Assembly (NCBI RefSeq): GCF_902713615.1
Contig: NC_052152.1
Span: forward strand, 41,453,810 to 41,517,809
From: Scyliorhinus canicula
Taxonomy: Eukaryota
Direction: 5' to 3'
DNA: 64,000 nt
A program made the position numbers and the translations under genes. Shown here in pieces: positions 1 through 12,272 of this stretch. Within the stretch, counting starts at the first letter, position 1. Each line of letters opens with the position of its first letter. The notes below the pieces were generated by a model. That model worked only from the letters and a program-made list of their open reading frames with translations, was not told where the DNA came from and did not search any database.

Positions 1-387
1 ATTAATAACTCACTGGAGGAGGTGGCACCACCAATATCCCCAAGCTTAATGATGGAGGAGCCCAGCACATCTGTGCAAAGGATAAGGCTGAGGCATCTGT
101 AACAATCCTCAGCCAGCAGTACCAAGTGGATAATCCATCTCGGTCTCCTCCAGAGGCCCCCAGCGTCACAGAAGCCAGTCTTCAGCAAATACAATCCACA
201 TGATATCAAGAAATGGCTGAAGGCACTGGATACTGCAAAGGCCATGGGCGCTGACAATATTCCTGCAATAGTACCCAAGACTTGTGCTCCAGAACTTGCC
301 ACGCCCTGAACCAAGCTGTCCCGGTACAGCTACAACACTGACATCTACCCAACAATGTAGAAAGTTGACCAGGTGTGACCTGTACAC
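1..387 (+). mobile_element. Decayed CR1/L2-group LINE ORF2, 5' part (continues at 1386)
   Basis: Translates from ~203 as DIKKWLKALDTAKAMGADNIPAIVPKTCAPELATP*TKL...V*PVH. This is the typical LINE pre-RT 'KA.G.D.IP' region, with stops. Confidence 0.8.
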
Positions 388-1104
388 ACAATAATTTTGA
401 GTGGGAAACCACTTGCAATCCAGCTTGGTTGTTGCTCCAAGGAAGCAGCATATCCCACAATTCTACAGAAAATGTTAATTGGAAAATTAAATGATATAAC
501 TGGCTAACTTGCACTCGTGGACAGAGCTTTCATTAATGGTCATGATGGAATATTCTGGCCACATTTATTTCCCCCCTGCTCCCCCGCCACCGCACTCATC
601 CCATTGGATTCTCCACGTGGGGACAGGGATTGGAATTGAAGGGTTAATACGATCATCCCAGCAGCCAAGGGGTGGAAAGGACCATGTTCGAAGAATTTTA
701 GAATGGACTGAATTACCTTGGTATCCTTTTGAGCATGAGGGGATCAGAGATCCTCTGAATTCACCCTTATCAGTGTCCTTAATATAGCAGGCTGCATTTC
801 CTCCACCTCTCAGTGGTTCAAAATAGCAATCCGGTTCCCACAAGTACTTTTCCTGGTTTGCGGTGAACAATGTTTAAGCAACAATTCTTGTAGATCAAGT
901 TTAATTGAGAAGTTTCTTCCTTCAGTCCAATTTATCCAGAGTATTGTGTTCAGATTGGGTTGACCTAGCTATCAGTTTTTAAAGTTTCTTTGTGTGGTTG
1001 ATATTGGGGAAGGACTTGTTAAAGAGTGGAATGATGCGATGTAAGGAGTGCAGTTATTCAGGAGGAGCCCGTATATGTATCCCAAGTACATTCAGAGTAT
1101 GGCA

Positions 1105-1385
1105 GGGCGGCACGGTGGCAAGTGGTTGCCACTGCTGCTTCACAGTGCCAGGGTCGATTGTGACCCGCGTGGGTTTCCTCCGAGTGCTCTGGTTTCCTCC
1201 CACAGTCCAAAGATGTGCAGGTTAGGTGGACTGGCCAATCAAAATGGCCCGAGTCTCCAAAGGTTAGGTGGGGTTACAGGTTTAAGGGAGTAGGACTAGG
1301 GAGGGTGCTCTTTCAAGAGGGTCAGTGCAGACTTGAATGGCCGAATGGCCTCCTTCTGCACTGCAGTGATTCTATGATTCTATGA
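1105..1385 (+). mobile_element. V-SINE (HE1-like), internally deleted
   Basis: tRNA-like head GGGCGGCACGGTGG, V-core GGGTTTCCTCCG..GGTTTCCTCCCACAGTCCAAAGATGTGC and (TTCTATGA)n tail. Confidence 0.9.
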
Positions 1386-2680
1386 AAAGCAGGACCAATC
1401 CAATCCGGCCAATTATCACCCAATTTGTCAACTCTCGATCATCAGTATATTGTTGTTATATTATTTTCAAAAGTGCTATTTATCACGGGGAATTATTTAT
1501 CAATAGACTGCTCACTGATGCTCAGTTTGGGACCCGCCAGGCTCACTCAGCTCCTGACCTCATTTCAACCTTGGGTCAAGCATGGATAAAAGAGCTTAAA
1601 TCCAGAGGTGAGGTGAGAGTGACAAGGAGCCCGAGCAAAATTTGTGTCTGTGAGAATCAGGGCAAGACTCTCCACTGGTTGGAGTCATACCCGGCACAAA
1701 GGAAGATGGTTGTAGTGGTTGGAGGTCAATCATCTCAGCTCCAGGACATCACTGCAGGGGTTTCTCAGGGTAGTGTCCTTGGCCCAACCATCAGCTGCTT
1801 CATCAATGACCTTCCTTCCATCATAAGATAATGATGTTCACTGATTGTTCACTGCTGATGTTGGCACATTGTTCAGCACCATTCGCGACTCCTGAGACAC
1901 TGAAGCAGTCCACATGCAAATTCAACAAGACCTGGATAATACCCAGGCTGGGGCTGACAGGTGACAAGTTACATTTGTGCCACACAAGTGTCAGGCAATG
2001 ACCATCTCCAATAAGTGAGAATCAAACGATCACCCCTTAACATTCAATGGCATTAACGTCACTGAATCCCACAGTATCAACATCCTGTGGGTTACTATTG
2101 ATCAGAAACTGAACTAGACTAGCCATATAAATACTGTGTACAAGGCACAAGTCAGGAGTGTGATGGTATAACCCCCCCCCCCCCCCCCCCCCCCTCACTT
2201 GCCTGGATGAATGCAGCTCCAACAACACTCAAGAGGCTTGCCACCATCCAGGACAAAGCAGCCCACTTGATTGGCGCCCCTTCCACAAACATTCACTCCC
2301 TCCACCACTGACGCACCAGTAGCAGCAGTGTGTACCATCCATAGGATGGACTGTTGGAACTCACCAAGACTCCTTGGACAGCACCTTCCAAACCCTCGAC
2401 CACTGCCACCTAGAAGGACAGGGGTAGCAGATACCTGGGACTCCACCACATGGAGGTTCCCCTCCAAGTCACTCACCATCCTGACTTTGAAAATATATCT
2501 TGTTCCTTCACTGTCGGGGTCAAAATCCTGGAACTCCCTCATTAAAGGCACAGAGGGTGTGCCTACACTACATGGACTTCAACAGTTCAAGAAGACAGCT
2601 AACCACCACCTTCTTAAGAGCAATTAGAGCCATTAATGAATTGGGCCTAGCCTAGCAATGCCCACATCCCATAAAAATAA
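1386..2680 (+). mobile_element. CR1/L2-group LINE RT and 3' tail (continuation of 1-387)
   Basis: Resumes as KQDQSNPANYHPI and later includes VSQGSVLGPTISCFINDLPS (RT motif B). Ends in GCAATTAG...CCCACATCCCATAAAAATAAA. Confidence 0.85.
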
Positions 2681-2699
2681 ATTTTAAAAGGTAACCTAA

Positions 2700-3200
2700 A
2701 GCTTGGTTTAAGAGGTTGATTTTAAAGAATTTAAAGCAGGAAAGAGAGGCAGAGAGGTTTTGTTCTGGAATTCAAGCTGAATAAGATGAAGATACCAGTT
2801 TCCAATGGAGCAATGAAAATCAGGGATATTCAAGAGACCAGAATTGGAGTCTTGTACCTTGGCAGGTTGTAAGCCTGGAAGAATTTGTCACCATTGGGAG
2901 GGGTGAGGCCCTGGACGGATTTGGAAACAAGGGTGAGGATTTTAAAATGAAGACATTGCTCGTCTGGAAGTCAGTGTAAATCAAGGGGAACAGGTGTGTT
3001 TGAACACAGGCAGCAGAATATTGAATGACCTCATGTTTAAGGAGGATGTAAGGTGAGATGCTGGCTGAGAGAGCTTTGGAGGTAACAAAACATCATTGAA
3101 GGTTTCAGTACTGAACAAGCTAATGCAAGGTGGAGATGGGTGCTGTTATGAAGGAAGAATTAGGTCTTAGCTTAGGAGAAGCTATGTGGCCAGGAGTTCA
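2700..3200 (-). mobile_element. Old L2-like LINE 3' fragment
   Basis: Degenerate purine-rich sequence resembling a reverse-complemented L2 3' end. Confidence 0.4.
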
Positions 3201-3690
3201 GCTTAGCAGTGAGAGAGATAGGCCTAATGTCATTGGGTGCATGTAGGGTATCCCAGCACTGACAACACTGATTTAGAGTTTTCGAGTTTTCCGAGCGATC
3301 TTGGCAAATGTTAAATTTGATGATTTTTCTTTGTGCCTGAAGCTCCTGTGTGCCTCTATGGGCCAATTTACATATACACACACAGCCACTTATATCATTA
3401 AAAACAACTCATGTAGTTTTACCTAGAAGATGCTTTTGAAATGTGGCTTTTCTTCAAATAATTTTGAAAGAATAAACAACAAAATAGATTTAATTTAAAG
3501 ACTGAGAATCATTCTACTCTTTGACTCGCTAAATGCTGCTGATGCATCCCAGGAAATTACACTGTGCTGACTGACTGCTTGCAAAATATAACTACAGAGT
3601 CACACATCTGGGCAAAAGTCATCATGTATACAGCCAGATTTTAGGGAAAGGCCGAATCTTTCAAATAAAATCTGTCAGGGTGACATCAAA

Positions 3691-3868
3691 AGGGCTAAGT
3701 CGCTGGCTTTTAAAGCAGACCAAGGCAGGCCAGCAGCATAGGTTCAATTCCCGTACCAGCCTCCCCGAACAGGCGCTGGAATGTGGCGACTAGGGGCTTT
3801 TCACAGTAACTTCATTGAAGCCTACTTGTGACAGTAAGCGATTTTCATTTCATTTTCATTTCATTTTC
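3691..3868 (+). mobile_element. Short tRNA-derived SINE (GTGACAATAA-tail family)
   Basis: B box GGTTCAATTCCC, body GGAATGTGGCGACTAGGGGCTTTTCACAGTAACTTCATTGAAGCC and (TTTCA)n tail. Homologous copies at 25430, 42796 and 63243. Confidence 0.85.
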
Positions 3869-4188
3869 AAAAGTCAAAACGAATCTCAGTAGATATACGT
3901 AGTCATGTAATTGTAAAATATGTAATGTTTTTCAATGTTTCTTTAAATGTTCATTTTGGACGTAGAAATTTCAATTGGTGCAGAAAGACATTGCATGCCA
4001 GAAGTTTTTTGAATATTATTTTAGGTGATTTGAATGTTTATCAATAATCTGAGATCGTAACAATTGGTGCATATGGATTTTTGCATATTATTTGCCAGTA
4101 TAAATGGTTACATGCTGAGTTAGCTTTTGCTCGTTAAAAATGGTACGAGTTTCCTATTATAAATGTGAAGTTTCAATTCTAAATTTTG

Positions 4189-4906
4189 GGCGTGGGCCTT
4201 TGTACAGGTGGAGAAGCTGGACTCGAACTAGGGCCTGGGGACATACTTTGGCCGGCGTTGTTTCCGCTGTGGCTGTTTTGTTCCAACTGTTTCAACTTTT
4301 TCAACTTCGACATGTGTGTTATGTATGCTGGTTTTCTGTTTGCTCTGTTTACGGATGGGTTTGTTTGTTGGGCATGATTGTGGGTTAGGTGGGGAGTGTT
4401 GGGGGTTTGTGTTTTATATGTTCTCTTCTGTACGGGGCTGGGGATCGAGGGGAAACTGGATTTTGGGGAACTGCGTCAGAAGGGTGGGGTGTGGCAGTGT
4501 GAAAGCGCGGGCTTTCCTCTGGTTTCCCGCGCTGCGGGGCAGGGGGGGTGGAGCTTGCGGTGGGGGCGGGGCCTCTACAGGTCTTTTTTCCCGCGTTGCA
4601 GCAATGCCAAGGAGGTGTGGCAAGAGGGGGATGACCCCATGCCGGGAGGGGATAGGTTTTGGCGGGAGCTGCCGGGGTCAGCAGAAGTCAGCTGACTCAC
4701 GGAAGTACCATGGAGGGTGCGTCGCGGCTAGGAGGGGTCCTAGCCTGGGGGGGGGGGGGGGGGGGGATACCAGGTTGCTGCTGGAGCGACTAGGAAGGAG
4801 CCGATGGGGGCCGGGGGGGGAGAGGAGAGGCGCTATCGCCATGGGGAACGGGTCGAGCGGGGTGTGCTGGCCTGGGGCGAACATCTGCCAAGCTATGGCT
4901 AGTCGG

Positions 4907-4938
<32 letters not shown>

Positions 4939-6140
4939 CGGGTTGCCCTCTGATCCGGCTGATTACCTGGAACGTGAGGGGGCTGAACGGGCCGGTTAAG
5001 AGAACCAGGGTGTTCTCCCATCTAAGGGGGTTGAAGGCGGACGTGGCTATGCTCCAGGAGACCCACCTGAAGGTGGCAGACCAGGTCCATCTGAGGAAGG
5101 GGTGGGTGGGGCAGGTTTATCATTCAGGATTGGACGCGAAGAACCGGGGGGGTGGCGATTCTAGTGGGGAAGAGTGTGGCGTTTGAGGCGGCTGAGGTGG
5201 TGTCGGACAAGGAGGGCAGATATATCATGGTGAAGGGTAGGCTGCAGGGAGAGAAGGTGGTGCTGGTGAACGTATATGCCCCGAATTGGGATGATGCTGG
5301 CTTCATGAGGCGATTGTTGGGCTGCATCCCGGACCTGGAGGCAGGGGGCCTGATCATGGGGGGAGATTTTAACACAGTGCTGGATCCCACACTGGACCGG
5401 TCCAGTTCAAGGACGGGTAGGAGACCGGCGGCGGCCAAAGTGCTGAGGGGATACATGGACCAGATGGGAGGGGTGGATCCCTGGAGGTTTGGGAGACCGA
5501 GAGCGCGGGAGTATTCCTTTTTCTCTCCCGTCCATAGGGTTTATTCCCGGATAGACTTTTTTGTCCTGAGCAGGGGATTGATCCCGAGGATGCAGGATGC
5601 CGAGTATTCGGCCATAGCGATTTCGGACCATGCCCCGCACTGGGTTGATCTGGAGATGGGAGAGGCGCGGGACCAGCGCCCGCTATGGCGCCTGGATGTG
5701 GGGATGCTGGCAGAGGAGGAGGTGTGTAAGAGGGTTTGGAGAAGCATTGAGGGGTGTCTGGATACCAATGATACGGGGGAGGTCCAGGTGGGGATGGTCT
5801 GGGAGGCTCTGAAAGCAGTGATCCGGGGGGAGCTGATCTCCATCCGGGCCCACAGGGAAAGGAGGGAGAGGAAGGAGAGGGAGAGACTGGTGGGAGAGCT
5901 TCTGGAGGTGGACAGGAGATATGCGGAGGCACCGGAGGAAGGGTTGCTGGGAGAACGGCGCAGGTTGGGGTCTTTAGGGACTTTTACGAGGGATTGTACC
6001 GGTCGGAACCTCCGAGGGGAAGAGAGGGGTTGGAGAGCTTCATGAACAGGCTATGTTTCCCAAGGGTTCAAATATAACTTGTTGTTATATTTTTATATTT
6101 TCTGTAAAGAATTCCAATAAAAATTATTTAAAAAAAAAAA
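4189..6140 (+). mobile_element. L1-clade LINE, internally deleted (endonuclease retained, RT lost), with poly(A) and 14-bp TSD
   Basis: APE motifs RLITWNVRGLN, MLQETH, VNVYAPN, GGDFN, SRIDFF and SDHAP (4956-5640, frameshift near 5150). Poly(A) at 6131-6140. AATTCTAAATTTTG occurs at both 4175-4188 and 6141-6154. Confidence 0.92.
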
Positions 6141-7299
6141 AATTCTAAATTTTGACATAAAATGTGTACCCATAAAATCCTTCTCTACCTCTTGAATCAA
6201 GCAGTATTTTCCAAGCAGCCTTACGTTTTCAAACCGACATATTTCTGATGATTCATTCAACCTCAAATATTAATGGAAGTGGGTTGCAATTTCAGATTTC
6301 AACATTTGCAGTTTCTTTCTTTTAAATGATAATAGGATCCCAAGTTAAATTCAGAGGACACTCCTTTCTCAACATAAGCCCGATTAATTAATTAACAAAG
6401 AATTTACAAATTAATTTAGTACGTCCGTAAGGGAAAAACACCAGCAACAGAAGTTTATTGGTGTTTTCAAACAGGGAAAAGAGAAATGTAATGATGATCT
6501 TTACAGAATCGTGCAGGGAGGGGAGAGCATTCCAGTAAATAGTTCGCACATCAGTGGCAAAGCTTCAGCCATTGCCCACTCTATCTCTGAAACAGTTAAC
6601 CAGACAAAATTCTCATCTGGAGGTTTGTCCATTTCTTCCGAGATGTGTAAACACACTAAATTATGTTTCTGACTTGTAATGCTGTTTATTACCCAATAAA
6701 CCTTCCAAAAAAATACAATAAAATGAAGCACTTACGGTAAGGATGGTTTTATGTTGTGCTGCTGAGCTAGAGAGTAACTCTCAGCAACTCCTGCCAACAC
6801 TTCCTCTTTTGGAGATACACGATGTAACGAGATATGAAGTTTGCAACGAAAGAATGCGGTTAATGAAAAATCTTTGTCTTTAACGAGATAATTTCTGGCT
6901 AGTGCAAAGTTAAGTAGTAAATCTTATTTCAACAATAAAATTGATATTAAATTGAATGACAGGCCGCAGAAGGGTAACAAAATCATATTTAGCTCTAGCT
7001 TTGTGGCTTTGTTGAGCATTGAGGCCAAAGAGTATTTTACAGCACAGAAAGAGGCCATTTGGCGCATCGAGTTCATGCTGACTCCATGATTAAATTAATC
7101 GACGTGTAGCATTTATTTACAATCAGCTGATACATGTCTCACTTTGTTTTGGGTGATTGCATTATATTTGGCATATTTCAGGCATAATTGTGGTGGTTCT
7201 TAATCTTCTCACAACATTCCCCTTGCCTTACATGTTCCCTGTCTCGTTCCTCTGACGGTCTCACCTCCAATCAGGTGTCCTGAAGACATCCTTCTTCAT

Positions 7300-8392
7300 T
7301 CTAGGCTTTACTTAACTTCAACAGGGAGATTGAGAACCTAATGGAGTGGTGTAGCGACAACAATCTATCCCTCAATGCCATCAAAACTAAAGAGCTGGTC
7401 ATTGACTTCAGGAAGCAAAGTACTGTACACATCCCTGTCAGCATCAACGGGGATGAGGGGGAGATGGTTAGCAGTTTCAAATTCCTAGGGGTGCACATCT
7501 CCGCAAATATGTCCTGGTCCACCCACGCCGATGCTACCACCAAGAAAGCAGAAAAGTGCCTGTACTTCCTCAGGAAACTAAGGAAATTTGGCATGTCCAC
7601 ATTAACCCTTACCAACTTTTACAGATGCACCATAGAAAGCATTCTATATGCCTGCATCGCAGCCTGGTATGGCAACTGCTCGGCCCAAGAGCGCAAGAAA
7701 CTTCAGAGAGTCGTGAACACTGCCCAGTCCATAACACGATCTTGCCTCCCATCCATTGACTCCATCTACACATCCCGCTGCCTGGGGAAAGCGGGCAGCA
7801 TAATCAAAGACCCCTCCCACCCGGCTTTCTCACTCTTCCAACTGCTTCCATCGGGCAGGAGATACAGAAGTCTGAGAATACGGACAAACAGACCCCAAAA
7901 CAGCTTCTTCCCTGCTGTTAATCCTAAACGACCCTCTTATAGAACATAGAACAAAGAAAAATACAGCACAGAACAGGCCCTTCGGCCCACAATGTTGTGC
8001 CGAACTTTTGTCCTAGATTAAGAACAAATTAATCTACACCCCATCATTCTGCCGTAATCCATGTACCTATCCAAAAGTCGTTTGAAGTCCCTAATGTTTT
8101 CGACTCAACTACTTCCACAGGCAGTGCATTCCATGCCCCCACTACTCTCTGGGTAAAGAACCTACCTCTGACATCCCCCCTATATCTTCCACCATTCACC
8201 TTAAATTTATGTCCCCACCCCTGTATGCTTCACCCGATGCCGGTGTCTATGTACTTACATTGTGTACCCTGTGTTGCCCTATTATGTATTTTCTTTTCTT
8301 TTCATGTACTTAATGATCTGTTGAGCTGCTCGCGGAAAAATACTTTTCACTGCATCTCGGTACACGTGACAATAAACAAAATCCAATCCAAC
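7300..8392 (+). mobile_element. Rex1/Babar LINE 3' part (RT C-terminus, DUF1891-like region, 3' UTR)
   Basis: ORF 7341-7949: WCSDNNLSLNAIKTKELVIDFRK...LYFLRKLRKFG...LPSGRRYRS. Tail GTGACAATAAACAAAATCCAATCC. Confidence 0.88.
7940..8217 (-). mobile_element. CR1 LINE 3' end nested in the Rex-Babar 3' UTR
   Basis: TAGAACATAGAAC tail and ACAGGCCCTTCGGCCC, followed by reverse-strand CR1 ORF2 C-terminal sequence. Confidence 0.85.
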
Positions 8393-8964
8393 AAACTTTA
8401 CTTTCCTGACACAAATTTTACCTGGTTTTCATTGTTAAATAATTGATTCAACAGTCCAGATAGTTCTTGGTTCTCCACAATGTTTCTACAACATGGCTTT
8501 TGAAGGGTTAATTCATGGTTTAATATTCTGTTCACTTCTTGCACAGCTGAACGGTTCTTCCTTGGATCTTTCCTTTTGCTGTGTGCTGTTTGCCTTTTTC
8601 ATGTGTCTTCTAAAACTTTATTCAAACTGTTTCCTCATCCATGCAAACAAGCAATCTCTCACACAAAAATCTACCCACTTTGTTCAATGGTGGGATAATG
8701 CATTTGCATTTGGATTCACTGAGGTGTATGTCCTTAATGTAAGTATTGTGCATTGTCCAGCTGTACACCTTTTCTAAAAGCTTCTGCCATGTAAATGGTT
8801 ACCTATTAATACACCATAATATCCATCAAGGTGTATAGACCACAATTCCTATTATTATATTGTGAATTAGATAGTTATCTTTTGATGCTTATGCAAAAGC
8901 TATACATAGATAGCCCCCAAGGTTTATAGCAGTCATGTAGCACAATTGTAACACAATTTTAAAA

Positions 8965-9131
8965 AACTTTTTCTAATTAAGGGGCAATTTTAGTATGGTC
9001 AGTCCATCCACTCTGCACATCTTTGGGTTGTGGGGGTGAGGTCCACAGAGACACGGGGAGAATGTGCAAACCCCACACAGTGACCCGTGGCCAGGATTGA
9101 ACCCAAGTCCTCGGCGCCGTGAGGCGCTAAC
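8965..9131 (-). mobile_element. Short V-SINE variant
   Basis: Reverse complement of the head/V-core seen at 11217. Confidence 0.8.
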
Positions 9132-11216
9132 ACAATTTGTCCACGATATATATTGGGTGATACAATAGTATTTGTACAGGAATGTAGTAGTAGGTCATGT
9201 TGTTACTCAGCAATCTGTTTCATAGATCAGTATGCTTCATGCCTCATTTCATCCTCGTATTTATTAAAATGATCTCCACCTATCTTTTACTTGTTTTTTC
9301 TCTCAGATTACACAACCCGATATTACTAATGTGATGTGATGGTGGAGGAAAAGATAGATCGCATGTGTGTACAGATTTGAAGTGGACATGAAATGAGATT
9401 TTGTCAAAAATGGATTATTGGTTGCAGGTTATGACTACCATGTCCATTGCACTTCTCCAGGACCCTCTAAGACAGTAGCGTCCTCCTTCCCCCCAGATTT
9501 CCCCCACCCCCTCTTCCCTCACACGAGATCATTCTGACACCCGTTGCTGCTTGCTGATGATCCTTTGTTTGGTTTTGGCTGGTGACCTCCAAGTACTCAA
9601 ACGGTTGCCCTGGCTACTGGCCAGCTGACACTTTGCACTCATTTTGGTTGGCAGCTGACTGGCCTGCAGATAAGGCACAATGGTTAAAAAAATCCAAGCC
9701 TTAAATGTAGATTGATCTCCCAGGAACAGTGATGACATAGTGTGATTGACGTACATTGATTATTTTAAAGTTATGAATCTGTAAATGAAGAATAAATAAT
9801 GTTGTTGTCAGCACCATCTAAAGACATATCAAGTTACCAAACATTGCTTTCCACTTTCAGAATTAATGGGTTATAAAGAAGACCATGACCATCCAACTTA
9901 ATTTAACAGCTATTCAATACCATTTCCAGTAAAGGTTGTTGAAAACATCATTATTAACAAAGGCATGGTATGAAAGGTATCTATTTTAAACATAAAGGTT
10001 CGCCTTTTTGAGGTTGAGTCTAACATCCCCATTTTCTCTTACAATTGTTCATCTTGTAGCACTTAGAAATAATTGCTCCTGTTCACTGAATTGTCTCTAT
10101 TTACTGTTTTTACTCAAAATAATCAACAAAAAGCCAGATAATCGATTATACATTTTGATATTCACCTACAATTCCCAATTTTCACTCTGAACGCCTTGAC
10201 TCTGGATTGCCGCTCGTGCCCACATATTCTTGCTTCACCCTTGAGGATCAGTTTCAGCCACTGTTAGCCCCAAATCATATTGCTTTGCTGTCTCTCTCTC
10301 TCTTACTTCAAAACCCATTACTTCTTTGGAAAACCAATCTCTTTGACCGTTTAATTTCTCATTCCATGACTGCTGTCTTCCTCTTCCCTCTTGTAGATTG
10401 TTCTGAGATGCCAGATATGCTTTTGTCCAAAAATGGTGCAAAGTCCATCTCGCGCCAACCTGAAACCTGAGCCATTTTGAGAGCCAGGCCTCGTTAACAT
10501 GCCGCTGACAAGCAATAGATGCCAGGCTGGTTGTCTGGTTTGAGCTCGCCAAGAGAAAGGCCAACGATACTGAAGTGGAGTTGGGGCGGATGGTGACCTC
10601 AGCTGGGCAAAACAGGGGGTGAAGCTTTTTGGAGACCCAGGAGAAGAGCTATTTGGAGTGGCACCCCCTTTAAGGAGGTAAGCCACTCTTCACAGAATTC
10701 CCAGCTCCTGATGTGCTGTAGCAGCTGTAGCTTTTACGTGGCTGGTCTGGTGTGTAAACCATCAATTTTGTGTTGGCAAGTGCCAGGTAATGTTCGCATC
10801 ATGGAAATACCAGGAAGCGGCCATTCTGAACAAGAGAAAGTCGAACCACCTGCTCCTGTTTTCCAATGGTAGTACTATCGCCAAGCCCCCACCATTAACA
10901 TTTTTTGGGCCACAATTGATCCGAACTGTAAATGGGCCAGCCATATCAACACCGCAGTTATGTACTCTGACGTTAAGGAGATAAATGGATTACACAGATA
11001 GATTACAGAGTGAAGAAGGATAGATTCATTGAATTAGAATCCAGGGATGTAGAAGGACTCCACAGTTTGAGGTTTGGCTATCTGGTTGACTTCAGGATGA
11101 ATTCAGTGGTTCTGCTTTTTCACACAGGGGTGTGATATAAAGATGTCGCTGGCTGATTTGGCTGACCTTCCTGAGACAATAGTGTGGGGTTGATTTCCGT
11201 CAAGAAGTCTTTATCA

Positions 11217-11439
11217 GGGCGGCATGTGATGCAGTGGTTAGCACTGGCACTGCGGCGCTGAGGACCCGGGTTCGAATCCCGGCCCTGGGTCACTGTCCGT
11301 GTGGAGTTTGCACATTCTCCCCGTGTCTGCGTGGGTTTCGCCCCCACAACCCAAAGATGTTCAGGGTAAGTGGGTTGGCCACGCTTCCTTAATTGGAAAA
11401 AAAAATAATAATTGGGTACTCTAAGTTTATTTTAAAAAA
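11217..11439 (+). mobile_element. Short V-SINE variant
   Basis: A box GCAGTGGTTAGC, B box GGTTCGAATCCC and A-rich tail. AAGAAGTCT on both flanks is a possible TSD. Confidence 0.88.
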
Positions 11440-11759
11440 AGAAGTCTCTGTCTGCAGCAGGGGTGTCCCTGGGTAGTCACAGTCAGCCATCAGTGTTCAC
11501 AAGCTTGCAAAGTAGGCTGGAGAGATTGAGAGAGAGATTGAGAGAGAGAGAGAGGAAGGAAGGAGTGGCCCCATTCTAGTCTTTTGGCAGTGTCTCAGCT
11601 GCTTACCCAACTTCTACAGAGAAACCAGAAACTTAAACACACAAAGGATGGGCATGACCATCACCAAGTGGTTCAAACATGGTCATTATTAGAGTATTCC
11701 CCCTTGTGATCACTTCATCTCTGGGAATCCTCTCTTTCAGCCTGGGTACCAGTGTCTTA

Positions 11760-12050
11760 AATACAGAAAATTCTGGATAAACTCAACAGGTCTGGGAGCA
11801 TCTGTGGAGAGAGAAACAGGGTTAGTGTTTTGAGTCCATATGGTTAGAATTTTACATCATATGGGCGGGCGCACGGCCGAACCTGAGGCGCGTGAAATCG
11901 TGGGAAAAAAAATCAAGCCCTAATATGACTCATCCTCAGAGTGTTCTAAGGAGTCATATGGACCCAAAATGTTAATTCTGTTTCTCTCTCCACAGATGTT
12001 GGCAGAGCTGCGAAGGGTTTCCAGAATATTCAGTCTATATTTCAGCTTTC
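11760..12050. mobile_element. Penelope-derived inverted (foldback) repeat
   Basis: 11799-11842 and 11955-11998 are inverted copies (38/44 identical) of the Penelope terminal motif CATCTGTGGAGAGAGAAACAG. Confidence 0.75.
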
Positions 12051-12272
12051 CAGCATCTTCAGTATTTAGCTTTTACCCATTCTTCAAGTGGTTTGGTTGA
12101 AGGCATTACCATTGTAGCTTGATAGGTTCATGTCTGGGGACCCATCTCAGCTAAAATCCCATTGTCCAAGTAATTAGGTTTAATCTGTGCAGTTGAATAT
12201 CTCAGGTGGTGCCCTTAAATGGGGATACGATATATGGTTGACTCATATTTCCTAACAAGGGGTGGAACCCCT

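Noticed and set aside
4099-4143. 45-nt AG/GT-bounded candidate exon with an ITIM-like look (LHAELAF)
   Set aside because: All three frames contain stops, and the Tyr needed for an ITIM is absent.
7341-7949. 202-aa ORF that could be labelled a host (ALKBH8-like/DUF1891) protein
   Set aside because: It is the C-terminus of a Rex1/Babar LINE ORF; a second copy lies at ~57200-57800.
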